Shown: piece by piece, positions 11,574 through 22,705 of the stretch
Layout of the letters: each line of letters starts with the position of its first letter
Numbering within the stretch: the stretch's first letter is position 1
DNA from: Trichosphaerium sp. ATCC 40318
Lineage: Eukaryota > Protista > Tubulinea
DNA length: 64,000 nt
Direction: 5' to 3'
Assembly: GCA_038496445.1 (NCBI GenBank)
Contig: JALMLS010000065.1
Coordinates: forward strand, 427,335-491,334
Translations under genes and position numbers: made by a program
Notes under the pieces: generated by a model
The model's input: the letters and a program-made list of their open reading frames with translations, nothing else
What the model was told of the DNA's origin: nothing
The model's database searches: none

Positions 11574-12099
11574 ATAGGAAACTAACTTCCCTTACACAGT
11601 CAATAACAAACCATACAATAAGATATTGACATATCAGCTGTATGGTATTCTCATTTATTTCCACAAAACAAGAAACTGCGATAAGTGCTAACAAGTTTTA
11701 CGAGAATAGCAATGAGACTAATCGCAAGGTTTCTAGTCTTGCTTTATAATCGCTGTTTACGCACCTACAGTTATTTTATGTTCAGTGGTTTACGTTCAAT
11801 TACTAGCCGTCGTTATCATAGAGTTTACTAACAGCGCTGTGGTACCTGGTTATCAACGCGATGGTTTTAGTAGTGCCATTTATTAGCTTTAGACGGTGGA
11901 CAAAATAGTGATTTTGACTTACAAGTAAGTATTACATAGACGGCCTTAATTTGCACCTTTCACATTGCTTTCACGGACCAAGGACGGCAGAGGCGACTTC
12001 GTTTATTGTTTGAGAACGTTTTTTCTTTTGCCACAACTACAGGGTCTTTTGACAAATTGCGCTAGACTTACTGGATTTTTTATTAGAACAATAGAAAGC

Positions 12100-13564
12100 T
12101 CAAGATATGCTACATGTAGTTTTAGGTTGAGAGTCATTTTTACTAGTATTCTTCGTTGTCGTTGCATCAGACTCACCAGCAGTATTCTGAAGCTTCATAT
12201 GTTCAAAATAAGAGACTGCTTTTTTTCCGTTTATTTTCTCCCATTCTTTTTGGGCTGGTCCTATCCAGTAATAGATTTTCTTACAAAACCTTGTAGCGTA
12301 TTAAAAGCTAATAAAAGTAATAATAAACAAAATTATGTTTACAAAATCGTACGGTACACCTGTTGCCTCTTCTATTTCAAACCACTTATCATACATTTTA
12401 ACATTCACCAAAGGATCCCAAATAACCTTTTCATCCCTCTTTTCAAACGCCATAATACCACCCTTATGTACCTTGGGCGGTACTTGTTTTGATGTAGTGA
12501 TCTAAAGTAGATCTAAGACAGAGAAGGAAAAAAACGAGAAAACCTAAACTAAACTTACCTCATGCCACACCGTAATTCTCGGCTCGGTTCCATACTGAAC
12601 TCGATGTTGACCTGGTTTTATTCTACCATTTGAGGCCTCTACAGCAGCCATACCGCACCATATAACACCATATCCCAATGGACAATCCACCCACGTTTCT
12701 GTCACGTGGTCGAAGAGTTGTAAGCCTGGGGTTGTTGATTTAACGTTCAAAGCAAATAAACCAGGATCGCAGTGTGCCTCACAATTCATTTCAGGTTTTC
12801 TCCTTGCTGGATCGCTATCTAGCATCTTTGTTAGGCTTTTTAAAACACCACATACCTTACCATCGTTGTAGTACATTGCTATATCAACCATAGCATAATT
12901 ACGTTCATTAGAAGCTTGGAGAAGTGGTAAGTCCATTTTTTCACCTAGAGTTTCTATATCACAACCAAATAGCTCTGAAGCTAATGTGAGTGTCAAGTAA
13001 TAAATGACAGAGTTTACCTTGAGTCACGTTTTTAACAATATCTATAGCAGCAGCGTCTAGTGATTCAACGAGTACAGGCAAGTAATCCTCAAAAATTGTA
13101 GGCAACAAACGTAGTTGTAGATAACTAAGAATAAAAGTAAATCAACTTTTTTTTTTTTCAAATAAACAGAAAACCAAAAGCGTTCTCATTCTCGCCCAAA
13201 ACGGCATGTAGATGAATCGTACTCTTTTGACAATATTCTGTAACCTTCCTTGTGTCCAACTGATGTATACCCAAATACAGGAGGGTGAAAGTAATGCTGT
13301 TTATAAGGTTTTTTTGCTTTGAAAAAGAATTCTGCTTGCTGTATCACTTTAGACACTATCCATGGACAAACTTCGTTTTTAGCGCTTGTTTGCCCGCTTT
13401 TTATCTTTATAAAGGCAAAACCACGTTTTGTTACGCTATCTATAAACGCTGCTACAGCCTCTTTGTCTCCTTCTCGTAGAGCGATCAAACTAACTGGCTG
13501 TACAATAGTTTAAGCTTCAAACAAGTATTATTAATGCAAGTACATCAATTTTATGGTCAGTCAT
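12100..13564 (-). CDS. 2-oxoglutarate/Fe(II)-dependent oxygenase (IPNS-like) with C-terminal CaaX
   Basis: N-terminal DIOX-like GFAFIK, HCD (HxD), HRV, PRIT; spliced C-terminus reads ...QPKTTCSIS* (TGA 12100-12102). Confidence 0.85.
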
Positions 13565-13630
13565 TTAGCCTAACGTGGTACAGACTAGTTTTTGTTGAAT
13601 AACTAAAATCAGTTTAAGTCATCAACGTTT

Positions 13631-14083
13631 TTATTGCTTGAATATGATTTCTGCGTCGTCTCCTCTAGCTAAATACGCTTCAGTTCTGTTGTTCATTATC
13701 TGCATTTGATCTTTCATACAGCGATGAAGAAGACGCTGAGTAAGGTAGAATTGAGAGCATAAATGGCTGATACTTTCTTCTCCATTGCTACAAAGGCTTG
13801 TGGCGGCTATATTACGCTCAGTTTTGAATTTCATGACAGGGAACTTCAGCGCTACTTTCAAAGCTTCGTTTAGAGAATCAGTGGTCGCCAATGGATCATT
13901 TTGAGCTGCCAGTAACATTGAGTTTATAAGCTCGCACTGTGTAAGATGCCTCGATTGAAGAGAATGCTCCTCGAATATACAGTCATTGTTATATTCTTCC
14001 ATACCAGTTTTGAGTTTGTTAACGGCTTTGAAACGGTTTATTTCAGCCAAACTGACTTTACAATATGACTTAAATAGGCTCAC
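13631..14083 (-). CDS. Hypothetical small helical protein (start uncertain, possibly the internal MEEY)
   Basis: Uninterrupted 150-codon ORF with protein-like composition filling the gap between two genes; no family recognised. Confidence 0.5.
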   Translation of the reverse strand: MSLFKSYCKVSLAEINRFKAVNKLKTGMEEYNNDCIFEEHSLQSRHLTQCELINSMLLAAQNDPLATTDSLNEALKVALKFPVMKFKTERNIAATSLCSNGEESISHLCSQFYLTQRLLHRCMKDQMQIMNNRTEAYLARGDDAEIIFKQ

Positions 14084-14169
14084 TTAAGGTTCGCCTTTAG
14101 TGATAGGTCATGAGGTAGAGCACCATTCTTTAGTCTTCTAATACTAGTACTCCTTTCTATAATTCACAT

Positions 14170-15371
14170 TCATTTCCTGTACATCCTTCGCTCTCTTTTT
14201 GCAGTACATAGAACGAAGTTTTTAACTGAATCCCAGCACCTTTCCTTTTCGGTTTGTCTTCAACTTTTGATAAAACTTTGAATCCGTTAAAGAGTAACGG
14301 TAACCTCAGAGGTCCATAAACTCTTCCTAAGTTCCAACGAAGCTATTCATAATTATAAGACAATATACAACTTTATAGGACGTACCAAATCCTCATTGTC
14401 AACAGGAACACCTTGATACAAAAAGTAAGAATTAAATTAGAACAACAATAACTGTCTCACCGATAATAGCGACGCCATTGGTATCTAATAAGCAACCTAT
14501 CATTTCCATCATTTCCAAGTCAGCATTTGGATTAATTGGATCTCCATAACGTCCAAGTCCATCTAACAACCAGTTAGTAATAGCAATGGTTTGTGGCTAC
14601 CATGTTCCAGAGCATTTATTGCAAGAACTACATCAAACTTCTGAGGTGACTCAAAAAACTCAAATACACGCATTGTTGTTATATCGTTGTGATTGTAAGT
14701 AAGCTTATTATATTCAACAGTTGTCACATGGCCTACATTCCGTGATAACAAGATACTTTCATACCTACATTAATGTGAACACAAAAAGCGACTTCTTTCT
14801 CGAAAGTACCATGGTGATTGAGAACCGAATACAACAGCTTTCTTTCCTGTAATGTCAATGCTATCCAAGATGTCGAACATGTTCATATCTGCAGCGTATT
14901 GATTTGTGCCTTTTCGACTTATGCTTGACTGTCACGTGATTATTAATAAAAATGTACATACCAAAAAAAGTAACATTTAATTTGCACCTTTGATGATGCC
15001 AACGTAATGAATGACATTATTTCTTCGGTTGAATACAACAAAGAAGTGCCCTTGGTACAATCGTTAGATTGAAAAGTAAAAGCGCTGCGTTCTTCCTTAC
15101 TTTGCCTTGATTCGATTCATCAATGTAAAAATCTTCTATTTGGATACTATTATCCATTGTGAACAGACTTTCGAGGTCTTTTGGTACTTTTGGAGGAGGA
15201 ACATTACCAGATGGCTTAGATCGCTCACTTCGCTCGGAAAACGCGTTTAAACAACGGTTTGAACTAAAGCATAGAGATTGTAGGGTGACACAGCCTGTAT
15301 CAAGTCAGTTTTGCTTATTATTACCTTGTTGTACTTATAACAATGAGCAGAGCACGCACTGAGCCCGCCAT
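14170..15371 (-). CDS. DUF268-family (methyltransferase-fold) protein with N-terminal anchor
   Basis: AVVFGSQSPW, NALEH, GLGRYGDPINPNADL and RVYGPLRLPLLF match the DUF268 signature; multi-exon. Confidence 0.85.
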
Positions 15372-15775
15372 TTCGATAGTTAAGCAAGGTAAAAATTCTG
15401 AAAAAATGACCTTTGAACAAAATTACTTTGACGTCAATACTTTTTCTCAGTACAGCACTTCTGAATCACATATAAAGTTTCACAGTTATAAGCATAGCAT
15501 TATAGCTACATGTTCATACTAGTAATTGAAGTGTAAGATGGTTCTGAGGTGAGTAAAAACGCCTCAAAGATTCTCGAAATCCCGCAAATATCAGACTCAT
15601 TGTAGCCTTAGCAACTTATTGGCTCACTTCAATAGCTGACAAAGGCATTAGGTTAAGACCATTCATACTAAGTAGTGGCACTTCAATAACATATAAAGGC
15701 ATTAACACTTCAGTACTGAAATTTACTAAAAAATTGACATATTTCAGTAATTATGTTGCACATGTCGACTTCCAC

Positions 15776-15862
15776 TTAAGCGTTCCGCCTCTGTATGGGC
15801 TTTGCATGCGTAGTAGACCCAATTTCGACTATTTGTATGCGTTTCAGGAGCGTAAGACATTT
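15776..15862 (+). ncRNA. Candidate H/ACA guide-RNA hairpin
   Basis: Lower stem CTTA..CGTTCC/GGAGCG.TAAG, internal pocket, upper stem GCATGCG/TGTATGC and TAGT/ACTA, then ACA+TTT; pocket complementary to the conserved SSU rRNA CUGAAAC-UU-AAAG. Confidence 0.55.
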
Positions 15863-16134
15863 TGTAGCAGTTTTAAGCAAAACTCTAGCATCCCACAAGT
15901 TTGGTTTGCAGCCACTTACATCGTTACATCACAACTTTAGCCTCTAGTACGGTAGAAGCACAACGGTAAGCTTCGTGCAATTCTAATCATAAAACACAAT
16001 TTCTAAAAATACCTTTCGAACACAAAAGTTGTTTAAAGCCTCAAGGTGCACTCTGTGGTGGAATATTACCAATACCACAATTTTTTCACAAAAGAAATGT
16101 GAAATTCAAAACCGTGTTGATATATTCTACTATT

Positions 16135-16329
16135 GGTAGGTTCGGAATATGGCTGTCAGGGCTACGGCTCAATCCAGGCTTATACCCCTGTGTGCTAAGG
16201 TGCTATTTGTTCTTGCTTTGCCGGTTTACAGCAATGTTTACTGACACGGAACTGTACTGAGTCCACAGGTGCCTTAACGGGCTAAGGTTTGAGATATTGG
16301 CTAGCGAATCTCCTGGCCTACCTTTTTTT
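16135..16329 (+). ncRNA. Unclassified 188-nt rod-shaped structured RNA followed by T7
   Basis: About 10 nested helices with paired termini GGTAGGTT/GGCCTACC, G-U pairs favouring the + strand, immediately followed by TTTTTTT; locally GC-richer than the flanks. Confidence 0.55.
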
Positions 16330-16339
16330 GTTTTGAGTT

Positions 16340-16459
16340 GTTGACAGTTTAGGCTTGCAAAGAATGATACGGCGCACACGGTTCCCTATTAGAATGTATA
16401 CACTTATACGTTGCAATTAGCTCTCTTCGAGCCTGCATACAGCTAAAGTCAACGTTTTT
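16340..16459 (+). ncRNA. Unclassified 114-nt structured RNA followed by T5
   Basis: GTTGAC/GTCAAC, AGTT/AGCT and TAGGCTTG/CGAGCCTG nested stems plus an AATGTATA/TATACGTT hairpin; TTTTT at 16455-16459. Confidence 0.5.
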
Positions 16460-16569
16460 GTGCCATCAAACTAATTCCACCTGAAAGTATCTCACTGTGT
16501 TAGCAAAACTTACGAGTAAAATTACTTTATAAAATGGAGTGTACTCGGCTCAAGTTGACAATAAGTTTA

Positions 16570-17960
16570 TTACAAGTAACTGCTATAAGAATAGTCATCA
16601 ACTTCACTCTTAGCCTTGCTACGTCTCTTCCTTATTATTGCGTAGGCTACCAAAGCAACGACGACAATGCCTATCAATAATCCAACAACTAAAGCACCAA
16701 TATGAATTGGTTTCATGTTACGAGCTGGACCTCCTATTAAAAACAATCAATAGAATAACAAGGTGAAACCGACTTACGTGCAGCTTTATATTCTGGCACC
16801 TTTTTTGATGCTGAAATAGAAAAACCAACTTGGTCCTTGTCCTGGCGATAGTATTGGTAGGCGAGAGTGTAATGACCTTGATATTGTTTGGTTTCTTCGC
16901 ATTTTGATTCAACAATTGATACAATTCCTCGTTGCAGTTTTTCTTCACAATTGTGTTAGTAACACAGTGAACGAAAGTATGAAAAAAAAATTCTTAAGCG
17001 ACGGTACCTTTGACTTCACCAATAACAACGGAAGATGGTACACATGTCTTTCTTTTTACAGTGACAACTTCCTTTTAAAACCTTTTAGTTTTTCTTAACC
17101 AATGCAAAAAAAGGAAATGGTTTACTTTGAACGTACAACTGTTGGATATCGACTGCCTTGACCCTCAAAAGATCTTGTTTCATTTGCCAATACACAAGAG
17201 TTTAATGCATACAAGCTTATACAAGCTACTACAAGTCCAAAACGCATTTGCTGCCACAGTTGTTGAATGAAACACAAACGCTTAAAACAGCAATACCAAG
17301 GGTAGTTCCACATACAATTTAGGCAAGTATTACCAGAAAATATTAAGTACCAGAAACGTTTCCATGTAAGCGCTGGTATTAAACAACTTGGTAATACTAG
17401 ATGCTTTGCTTGTAACACCATCAAATAGGTCGCTTGCTTCCAATGAGGTCATTGTGGCTGCTATGCCATATGTTGACAGTTTGATACAAAATACAGTATT
17501 GGGCATACAAACACCAGACGACCGGCTTCACCTGGTCACTACATCCTCACTATCCTTTTTTGTCCAAAATAGAAATTGTTCCACTACATTTTGAGACGCG
17601 GTAGTACTCCTAATCTAGCGCGTTTAAGCTTACATCAAATGTTACCCAAGAGCTCTATGATGTCATTTTAGCTCTTGCTACTTCATACGTGGAGATCTTC
17701 TAGTTGTTGGACGAATAGCCCACGCATAGTTAAAACTCGCTACCTAAATCCTTTGTTTTCGTACCTACAATTATATGCAACCATCTATTCAGTACCTCAT
17801 CTAAGTTGTTTGTGTTTTTATTGAACTTGTTACCTTTAATGTTGCGTGTTTCAACACAGTACCTTAGTAGTATACTCTTGAATAGGGAACAGGCCGCAGC
17901 ACGCTGGGGATTGCATGTTCAATTCAATATAGCACCTTTTTTGAAGTTCATTATTTGTTA
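16570..17960 (-). CDS. Hypothetical type I membrane protein (5' end unresolved, may be partly degenerate)
   Basis: Last exon encodes IGALVVGLLIGIVVVALVAYAIIRKRR (TM + basic stop-transfer) and a short Tyr-containing tail; several upstream exons can be joined. Confidence 0.5.
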
Positions 17961-19043
17961 ATACTCAACTGCTAAACTGATTGCTACAAACGGAGTTCAC
18001 CACGTTCTTGTTAGTTAGTGCGACAGTCAAAAAATATATTTCTAGTAGACTACGGCATCAAACATAAACAATGTGGACTAGGCGTCAACGGGGTCACCTT
18101 ACGAAAAAAATGTTGGTTAACAGCCCCCAATCAGATCGGCTTGGATTGTATATAATCCTCTTTGGGAGGCGTATGCACAACGTAAAGGATAGCGAATAAT
18201 AGGTACAGCCATCGCAATGAACAATCACTTCACAGCTAATTGATCGCCCTTAAGCAGGGATTTGAGAATATACCAAAGTTTGCGAAGGGTTCTAGAGCAA
18301 GGAAATAACGCCAGAAAAATTCAGTCTCATTTTACACTGAATGTTTCCAAGCGAAATTTCATTGAACCATTGCCAACGTACATCTGTCTTTGTAATCTTT
18401 GTGGTTCGTTAAGAAGACAGTACTGAATGACAGTGTCGTCAAGTACGAGAAGTGAAAACGTATGAAATTTATAAAACGAAGAGAAGATACAATTTTATGT
18501 GATTATCAAACCCACAATTTTTTCCTTGTACTAAAAACAATCTATAAAAGCTTGATGATTGTCCTTAGCTAATGGAATGGTAAATATAATGGTGCACTAT
18601 GTGTTAAAAATCTCAAACAAAAGTTTGGTGATTGCTAAGCGCGTTGTAAGTTGTAGTGATTCATCGAAACCTATCAAATCAAAGTCAAAACAATGTTAAG
18701 AACCACCATAATAATACAAAGGAATAGCTGAATCAGAAACTAACTACATCGTACATCAGAATCAATAGCGTTAAAAACTTGTAACATATTGAATTCTCAA
18801 CACCCCCCTCACACCTCCTGGGTGTGACGTACCATCACTCGACGCAATCACCAATACCTTCCTTTTGGTCCTTTTGGTTTTTTTTTAATGTATTTACAAT
18901 TGTTCAATTGTTCACGAACAACACGTACTCTTAAACCTAAGGAAAAAGTGGAAAACTCAATATCCAGAAAGTACAAACGACAATAAATACAAAGTGCAGA
19001 TTTATTCAGTACTACACATACTACCACAAACGATATATCCTCA

Positions 19044-20587
19044 TCATGACTTAATATCCACAGTAATATACTCAAACTTTGCTTTCGGCATCTCATTCTT
19101 GGCATACAATGCAACAATATCACGTTGACTAGACAGTAGTTCAAAAAACAAACAAGCTCTCAAAAAAGTGTAGTACCTGTATTTTTGTCCTTTGCCTTCT
19201 ACGAGTACTATTTTTGTTACTTCTTTCCTATCACAAAGTATCAGAATAGACACGTTTTAGTTCAACACATGACCAACTAAACGAAGAAAAGAGTTCCATT
19301 CCAAACTCACCAATGAACACCTTTTGACAACAGATTAATAACAGCTGCTTGAGCCGGATTCATCTCTGGATTATGAGCTGCGTTCTCAATAAGACTACCA
19401 CTAACAACAACCTAAAAATAAATTAAATAATGTCAGATTCAAGCTCTTACATCTCCTGCTTGTACAGCACATCCAGCAGGACTCTTATAGTATGGACAGT
19501 AGCTCCTCTTTAACGCCTCTACAGCTACCTCAATCAAAGGAGTCACAGTACCACACTACAATCTGTATTAGTAAAGGAGGAGTAAGATTAATAAAGTAAG
19601 TGTACGTTGCTTGTATCTACAACTGAGTTTTCATAATTATAATTTTTTAAGGCACCCGATAGCCCAGGGATAAGCTCCTGCAAACTGTTAGCCAACCTTA
19701 ATCTGTACAATAGTATATCACTTACTGTGGGCGTAAAAGCATTAGGTAGAAGAGAAGATAATAGGAATCGTGTGCGTTTGTCATCTTGAGCTAGAACAAT
19801 TTCTATATCTTTACCACGATACACTTCCATTAAGAATTGCCTTTAGAAAAAACGTTAAAAATCATGTTAATTTTGTTGGTTACGAAAATAGCGTTACAAA
19901 ACAAGTACCTGCAAAATCCGCATGGTATTACGTTCAATACTATTGTTTTTATATGATCCTCCTACTTGCAACGTTCAGATAAAGCAGTTGGGCTCAACTG
20001 CGCTGAAAAGCAATCGTAGAGATATTAACAGTACCTTATTTGTATGTGCGAGAGCCATGGCGTGTTGCTCGGCGTGTATGTCGCAACTGCGATGTAGTGC
20101 CGGAAATTCAACGTTATGGCCACCATAAAGGCTGCCGCTAGCTCCCATGGCTATAGCAGCCACTTGGAAATCTGAAATGTCACACCTATCAACTGTTTTA
20201 ATCACAACTTATAGAGATTAAAAATGGGCAACACACGCAACGTCGCAAATAACATTTGTGTCGGACGAAATATCTGCGCGTGAGAATTGTGGTGTCAAGT
20301 AGGGCGTACTGTGCGAGGGTCCGTACAACAGGTAGTAGCTGTACTTGAAGCGTTTCAACGTCTATTGATAGCTTGGACGTTATTTGTTTTACGAGGTCAG
20401 CAGGGATATAAGAAGGCCTTCCTTGTGGTAGCAACGCCCATAACTCTTTGGATATCCCTTCTGGACAAGTACTGAATGATACAGGGCGTGTAGTTGCTTT
20501 ACTCATTACGGTTCGTACAACGCGCTTGTTTCGCAATATAGGTCTACTTTTAGTACTCAATCTGTTCAAAGAGCGTAATTTGAACAT
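19044..20587 (-). CDS. CDA: Cytidine deaminase, two-domain homodimeric (E. coli Cdd/plant CDA type), with presequence-like N-terminus
   Basis: ISDFQVAAIAMGASG..GHNVEF, HAEQ, PCGFCRQ; second domain SYCPYYKSPAG..GSLIENAAHNPEMNPAQAA. Confidence 0.92.
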
Positions 20588-20883
20588 TTCTAACTTAAAA
20601 CACAGCTACTTAGCGTCAGCTTGTAGGACTACACAATTAAGTGGTATTTATTGCTGTTGGAGCCGTACACCACGTGAAACAGGTAAGTGAAACTAAGAAA
20701 GGCTCAAATCACTCTGGGAGCGCATTTTCTCGTTATTGCAGTGTTTCAACAGCAAAGTACGTCAAGCCAAAAAAAAAATGATAATTGCTGTAAACTTCAA
20801 ACTGAGTCAAAAAAAAACAGCCCAACACAGCGCATTGCTTGGCCTCACACTCTAAATTAAAATAAAGGAGAAGTACAGCGATA

Positions 20884-21168
20884 ATGATAAAAGCGGGTGG
20901 TAATCACGACCCTGTAGAGACAGGTATTGGCTTTGGACACGTAAAGAGTAGATGCCACGACTTTTACAGAGATTGGATGAAGTGTATGGAAACAACACCA
21001 CAAGAACTCCTTTGTACAGATTTTATGTTGGATTATCGCTTGTGCACACAACCAGGAATGCGACTCGTGCGAAAGCTGGACATATTTCAAGCTAAGGAGC
21101 AGCGTCTAAAGGAAGGCAATCTAACTGGCCTCCATATCCCATACTCGCAAGGAGAGAAACACGAATAG
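20884..21168 (+). CDS. NDUFS5: Complex I accessory subunit NDUFS5 (15 kDa, twin Cx9C)
   Basis: TGIGFGHVKSRCHDFYRDWMKC...CTDFMLDYRLC: twin Cx9C with the G-x-G...RC(Y/H)DF pattern of plant/fungal NDUFS5. Confidence 0.8.
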   Translation: MIKAGGNHDPVETGIGFGHVKSRCHDFYRDWMKCMETTPQELLCTDFMLDYRLCTQPGMRLVRKLDIFQAKEQRLKEGNLTGLHIPYSQGEKHE

Positions 21169-21537
21169 CGTTGGCGACCTATTTATTTGGTTGCCAAAAC
21201 ACCTAAAACTGACTGTAAATTTGAACAACGCAAACGCTAGGACTACCTGGCTGCTTTATTAAAAAAAAATAATACAACCACCAAATGGTATGCAAAAAAA
21301 ACTTTATCACTATCTACAATGCGCAAAGAACGCTGTCTCACGAAAATATAATCAATTCAAAAAAAAAAACTACTTGTAGCGTTTTAATGTAACCCAACCA
21401 ACAAATACGTCATATCACCCATTCTAGGACTGTGCTAGTTCAGTACGCTAAACGGTAAACAGCCAAGCGTCAATCACCAGCTTGACTTTTTCTAACTTAA
21501 GTTTTTGTATAAATTTGTTATTACCACGATCAAAACC

Positions 21538-22652
21538 ATGGAAGACGAAAGGCTTCAAACATCACACAGAGGAGAAGTGTCGCCAAGATCCCTTGTTTCG
21601 CTATCTGTAACTGATGGTCCAATAGACTATAACCAAGGCTCGTACACGCAAGCTGTACGTATTTTAATTGCCCTCATAGTACATACATCCAAATGTGGGT
21701 GTAGCGGTATTTTTACCTTCAACTCGTACGCTATCACACGCGAGCATAAGTGTTGATAAGCATACTAAAAGCTAGCCCATTATAAGGATATAAAAAACCT
21801 ACAACGTTTTTCTTACATTGTTTAGACCGTAGGTGGTCATGTACTCGGTAAATTCAACTTGTCAGACGTTATTAGGTACACTTCCTATTTTCTCCACTTC
21901 CTCCAAGCGTAATAATGCTTTACTAGGACGATAAACAACTTAGCGATTATATTCGTGCTCATCCTACTGTCTGAGGTTTTCCACGTTAGGGAACTCTATG
22001 TGAAAACAGAATTTGAAGGAGAACTCGCTCTCATAATGAGCAGCGCATTTCTCATAGTATTAGCATGCATTGGTTCACCTATTTCAATATCTAGAGCAGA
22101 TTGGTGCGTGTTTTAAAGACTTTCATGACAAACGAAAATGACAGCTTTGACAGAAAAACTCTACATCGCATTTTTATGCACTATCTAATGTCTATTAGGC
22201 GACAAATTATGTTTTTATTCGTTCACGATCTCATTGCCTTAACCTTCTTTGCATTACTCGCTACACTCCTATTTACTTTGAAACTACGCGCTTCAGACGC
22301 TGAAGAAGTGTTAACACTTCTCACTGCGATATTATTCTTTACACGATTTATTCTCGTGTGTTTAGCGTTATTTTGTTATCAAAATACCTCTGGCGTATCT
22401 CAAGATGGCCAAGATGGTCCTCAAAAGATGTCTCTAAAGAAAAATATAGCACCTAAATCAAGAAAAGGAGGAATGTTGTTTTACGTTATAGCTATTGCAG
22501 CACTCTTGCTTCTCTTGATCGCCAGCATTGTTACATTTGCAATGATTTGGATATCTGACTGCAAGGTCCAACTGACCGGTACAGTACTTACTGATGACGC
22601 GCAGCTAAGAAATTGCACAACCCTTGAGAGGTGTTTTGTCTGTAATAAGTAA
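21538..22652 (+). CDS. Hypothetical multi-pass membrane protein
   Basis: Multi-exon, several hydrophobic helices, Cys-rich C-terminus; family not recognised. Confidence 0.6.
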
Positions 22653-22705
22653 AAAAAAACCAACAAAAGGAATAAATCCAAGTTTCTTCTTATTTGTCTT
22701 AACTT

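Noticed and set aside
16151-16453. SRP RNA (GGCTGTCAGGGCT resembles a minimal Alu UGUNR hairpin; span ~300 nt)
   Set aside because: No helix-8 CAGG-GNRA-AGCA motif on either strand, and an internal T7 would stop Pol III; a covariance search should still be run.
16135-16453. U5 snRNA, 5S rRNA, tRNA, RNase P/MRP or telomerase RNA identity
   Set aside because: The loop reads GCCGGTTTAC rather than the invariant GCCTTTTAC; no 5S or tRNA boxes, no P4 consensus and no CTAACCCTAA template found.
17960-18900. Extra gene or ncRNA upstream of the type I membrane gene
   Set aside because: Only short exon-like pieces with in-frame stops; no consistent model or convincing fold.
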